A stretch of 33,428 nt of DNA, from NCBI GenBank assembly GCA_013213915.1, contig JABSRK010000007.1:1-33428 (forward strand). Reading direction: 5' to 3'. Within the stretch, counting starts at the first letter, position 1. Every line of letters starts with the position of its first letter. Below are positions 29,091-33,428 of the stretch, in pieces. A model generated the notes under the pieces. The model was not told where the DNA came from. It searched no databases and saw only the letters and a program-made list of their open reading frames with translations. The position numbers and the translations under genes were made by a program. Origin of the DNA: Planctomycetota bacterium (GTDB taxonomy: Bacteria; Planctomycetota; GCA-002687715).

Positions 29091-29356
29091 GGCGCGCTAG
29101 GGCAACTCCGGGGTATACGGCTCACGACGCCGCCTATGATCCGCGCATGACGCGCGCACGTCGACCACCGGCAGGTGTTGTTCTCCCAGCCACCTCTCAG
29201 AAAGCGGAATACGTCGGAGTTCGCACCGTCCCGTCCGACACGGGTGGCGCATGGTTGCGTGCAAAAGCGGTTTTCTCACGGCTGATCCAGGCGAGCCCCC
29301 AGGTAAGCACCGTGGGGCGCTGCAAAAGAAGACAGATCCGTTGTCACCGCCGGGAG

Positions 29357-30898
29357 TCACCTGAGCCGGATGCTCGCGAGCCGTGCGTCGGGCGCGTCGG
29401 CTCCGGCGGAGACCACGACCTCGTCGATCACCCGTGGCTTCGCGCCGGGCGCCACCACCAGGATGTCGTAGATCCCGGCGGCGACTCCTAGCAGCTCAAA
29501 GCTACCGTCGCGCTCGACGTGGGACGCGTGGATGGCAGCTCTGCTGTCTCGAACACCGGGCAGGACGGCGTTCACGGTCACTCCCCGTTCGACCAACGCA
29601 GAAGCTGCATCGACCGTGCCGGAGATGCGTCCCGGCGGCGCGAGCTGAAGCGTCAGCATTGAATCGGTCCCGTGTGCGACCTGTGTCTGCAGCCGCCCGG
29701 CCAGTCCTTCGTGAAATGCTGTGACGAGCAGCGGCCCCGAGAACGGAGCGCCGCGCAGCACGAACGAACCCGTGTCCTGATTTGCGCGCGTCGTTTCGAC
29801 GCGTCCCGCGCGTCCCCATGGTCGCACCGTGACCATGGCGCCTGCGCAGGGTGCTCCCTGAGGATTGAGGATGCGCCCGCGCAGGAGCACGGGGAAGGCG
29901 TCGATGCGTACGGCACCCGGATTCCAGGCTGCGCTCGGCTCCAGCCGAGACGTCTCGAGGAAGGCGCCTCTCGTCCGATCTTGTGTGGTCAGGATGACCC
30001 GTATGAGGTCGCCGGGCCGGAGGTCGGCTCGAAGAAGACCGTCGCGGTCCGTCCGAACCAACTGCGTTGGCCGCGCCCCGGTCCCGTCCTCAGCTTGAAG
30101 ACGGATGGTCTGGTTGCGCAGAGGTTGGTTCTGGGTGTTGCTGATCGTCACCGAGAGCCGCGCGAACGGTGTCCCCAACGGGATGTCGATGGACTCTTGC
30201 CCAGCGGCGACATCGCTGCGCATCGGTTCGTGACCCTCAACCCGCGTCTCCAGGACCAGCGAGGCATTGATGGGCACTCCGGCGATCGTTGTCATGCCGC
30301 GCTCGAGTTCCCATGGCGCGGAGAACACCGGCGCGATGCTGTCTGCTCCGCGTGGCGTGACGCGCCCAACCTTGCTGACCAGTTCGCCCTCCGCGTCCAC
30401 GACGGCCACCTGGATCGCCCGGGTTGCGGGCAGGGCAATCTGGAGCGATGTCAGCCCTTTCTCAGGCATGGGGATGTCGCCCCAAGCGGTCTCCCCGCCG
30501 GGTACGACCGCAACGGCGCGCACAGCGCCGTTGAACAAGGCCTTGGCGAAGCGTTCTGGCACGGGCAGGTGGATGTGCCCCTCAGGGGCTGCGGTAAACC
30601 CCCGCGAAATCACCCTGGAGCCCTCGGAGAGGAGCGCGACCTGCACACCGACGACCGGCTCGTTGCGCGCGTCGTGGGTACGGACGCGCACGATGATGCG
30701 AACCGGATCGCCTACCCAGGGCGCCTCCGGGTCATAGCTGCCTTGGCGAATTTCAGTTACCAGCGACCAACTGGTCCGCAGATGTGGACGCTCACCAACC
30801 TGGATGGCGAGGAAGATCCCGACGGCCGACACGATGACCGCGAACAAGATGGCGCCGAGCCAGGGCCGGCGTTCCCAGAAAGAAGTGGAGACGGGCAT
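29357..30898 (-). CDS. membrane-anchored protein with repeated carboxypeptidase-regulatory-like / Ig-like beta-sandwich modules
   Basis: 513-aa ORF with an N-terminal anchor (WLGAILFAVIVSAVGIFLAIQV). Several segments of about 80-100 aa follow, with patterns such as V.V.L....G......T...G...L...P.G (for example LLRGRILNPQGAPCAGAMVTV and ISGTVDAA...DGSFELLGVAAGIYDILVVAPG). Confidence 0.6.
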   Translation of the reverse strand: MPVSTSFWERRPWLGAILFAVIVSAVGIFLAIQVGERPHLRTSWSLVTEIRQGSYDPEAPWVGDPVRIIVRVRTHDARNEPVVGVQVALLSEGSRVISRGFTAAPEGHIHLPVPERFAKALFNGAVRAVAVVPGGETAWGDIPMPEKGLTSLQIALPATRAIQVAVVDAEGELVSKVGRVTPRGADSIAPVFSAPWELERGMTTIAGVPINASLVLETRVEGHEPMRSDVAAGQESIDIPLGTPFARLSVTISNTQNQPLRNQTIRLQAEDGTGARPTQLVRTDRDGLLRADLRPGDLIRVILTTQDRTRGAFLETSRLEPSAAWNPGAVRIDAFPVLLRGRILNPQGAPCAGAMVTVRPWGRAGRVETTRANQDTGSFVLRGAPFSGPLLVTAFHEGLAGRLQTQVAHGTDSMLTLQLAPPGRISGTVDAASALVERGVTVNAVLPGVRDSRAAIHASHVERDGSFELLGVAAGIYDILVVAPGAKPRVIDEVVVSAGADAPDARLASIRLR

Positions 30899-30947
30899 GT
30901 CCAGTGGTCGGAATCGAGACGGGAGCGGGTCATGCTAACGCTCGTAA

Positions 30948-31008
30948 TGAACGACCGCTCCCCCTGGCTTCGTTTGTCCGGAGACCTGTTCAGGATGGCG
31001 GTCGTTCA
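30948..31008. repeat. 11-bp perfect inverted repeat (TGAACGACCGC ... GCGGTCGTTCA) with a 39-nt spacer, between the acetoacetyl-CoA synthetase stop and the 513-aa gene start
   Basis: The arms at 30948-30958 and 30998-31008 are exact reverse complements. The spacer contains a small CCTG-TT-CAGG hairpin. Confidence 0.6.
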
Positions 31009-31032
31009 GGCCTCAGTTCGCCCCGGCATCGC

Positions 31033-32979
<1,947 letters not shown>

Positions 32980-33082
32980 GGCGCAGGAGATCGTAGAAGA
33001 TTCGCCTGGACATGCTTTTTTCTCGCCTCCCCTTGCGGGGTAGAATCCGATGAGCCGCCCCCTTCCCTCGAGTCACAGTCCC

Positions 33083-33193
33083 ATGAAGACCGTCCTCCCG
33101 CTCGCGGCCTTGCTGGTCCTATCACCCGTGGTCCTCTCTCAGGGCCTGACCCTCAGCGCGTGCCTCAACGTGGACCAGTGGGTCCAGCAGTAG
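33083..33193 (+). CDS. possible 36-aa signal-peptide mini-ORF (or N-terminal remnant of a secreted-protein gene)
   Basis: Product is MKTVLPLAALLVLSPVVLSQGLTLSACLNVDQWVQQ*. The N-terminus resembles the signal peptide and first residues of the 8536..9324 protein (…SVCSQGLLSCQV). It is too short for the ORF track and has no clear RBS. Confidence 0.25.
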   Translation: MKTVLPLAALLVLSPVVLSQGLTLSACLNVDQWVQQ

Positions 33194-33287
33194 TCGCCGA
33201 GGGGGGGGCCGCCGGTTCCCCTTCCCGCGGCCCGTTCATCCCGCAGGCCGCTGCCGGGTTGCCGGTAGGCTTGGGGCGCGAGGCGCC

Positions 33288-33428
33288 GTGAAGGACGAGA
33301 AGATCCAAGACCTGATCCCTGTCTATCGAGACGGGTTGCTCAAGGACGTCATTCCGTTCTGGATGCGTCACGCTGTCGACCGCGAGCACGGTGGGTTCAT
33401 CTCGAGCCTCGGGCGGGACGGGACGGTG
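33288..33428 (+). CDS. N-acylglucosamine 2-epimerase (AGE) / cellobiose 2-epimerase family protein, 5' part only (runs off the right edge)
   Basis: From GTG 33288, in frame to the window end, the product reads VKDEKIQDLIPVYRDGLLKDVIPFWMRHAVDREHGGFISSLGRDGTV. This is the typical AGE-family N-terminus (IPFW...D.E.GGF). Confidence 0.65.
   Translation, partial: MKDEKIQDLIPVYRDGLLKDVIPFWMRHAVDREHGGFISSLGRDGTV

Noticed and set aside
27231-29150. 639-aa plus-strand ORF, plus 25288..26406 (-), 26334..27194 (+) and 28274..28996 (+), all overlapping the 1091-aa gene
   Set aside because: All are Arg/Pro/Ala/His-rich with no TM or motif structure. The 1091-aa minus-strand frame has coherent TM helices, high GC3 and a defined start after an in-frame stop.

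Overview
High-GC (roughly two thirds G+C by eye), gene-dense bacterial chromosomal window with about 27 protein genes on both strands. I found no rRNA, tRNA, CRISPR array, transposase, integrase or phage genes. Gene order, left to right: (1) a Bat/MoxR operon on the minus strand (moxR, DUF58, a BatD/DUF4381-like gene, then the batA 5' part), chained by ATGA/GTGA start-stop overlaps; (2) a DUF3311-like small subunit plus a sodium:solute symporter; (3) apaH and a short MetE-like methyltransferase; (4) an envelope cluster of SGNH hydrolase, secreted protein, Wzx-like flippase and a second SGNH hydrolase; (5) htpG and cstA; (6) a glyoxylate-shunt unit, aceB-aceA, divergent from a RamB/PrpR-type XRE regulator and convergent with a type-II NADP isocitrate dehydrogenase; (7) a GH84-like gene; (8) a deiodinase-like gene that the ORF track splits in two; (9) yigZ and dus; (10) a small secreted protein; (11) a 1091-aa membrane protein with no family I recognise; (12) a 513-aa membrane-anchored beta-sandwich repeat protein; (13) acetoacetyl-CoA synthetase; (14) the 5' end of an AGE-family epimerase. 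The strongest hidden signal is at 22628-23461. ORFs 22472..23056 and 23093..23461 are in the same frame and are separated only by TGA at 23054-23056. That TGA sits in a deiodinase active-site motif (FGSYT-U-PPF), and a 7-bp hairpin with a GGUC tetraloop lies 14 nt downstream, consistent with a bacterial SECIS. I read this as one secreted EF-hand/deiodinase-like selenoprotein. The second candidate for new biology is the orphan 1091-aa membrane protein with its upstream beta-sandwich partner. Everything else looks like ordinary core metabolism. The many long antisense ORFs are high-GC shadow ORFs.
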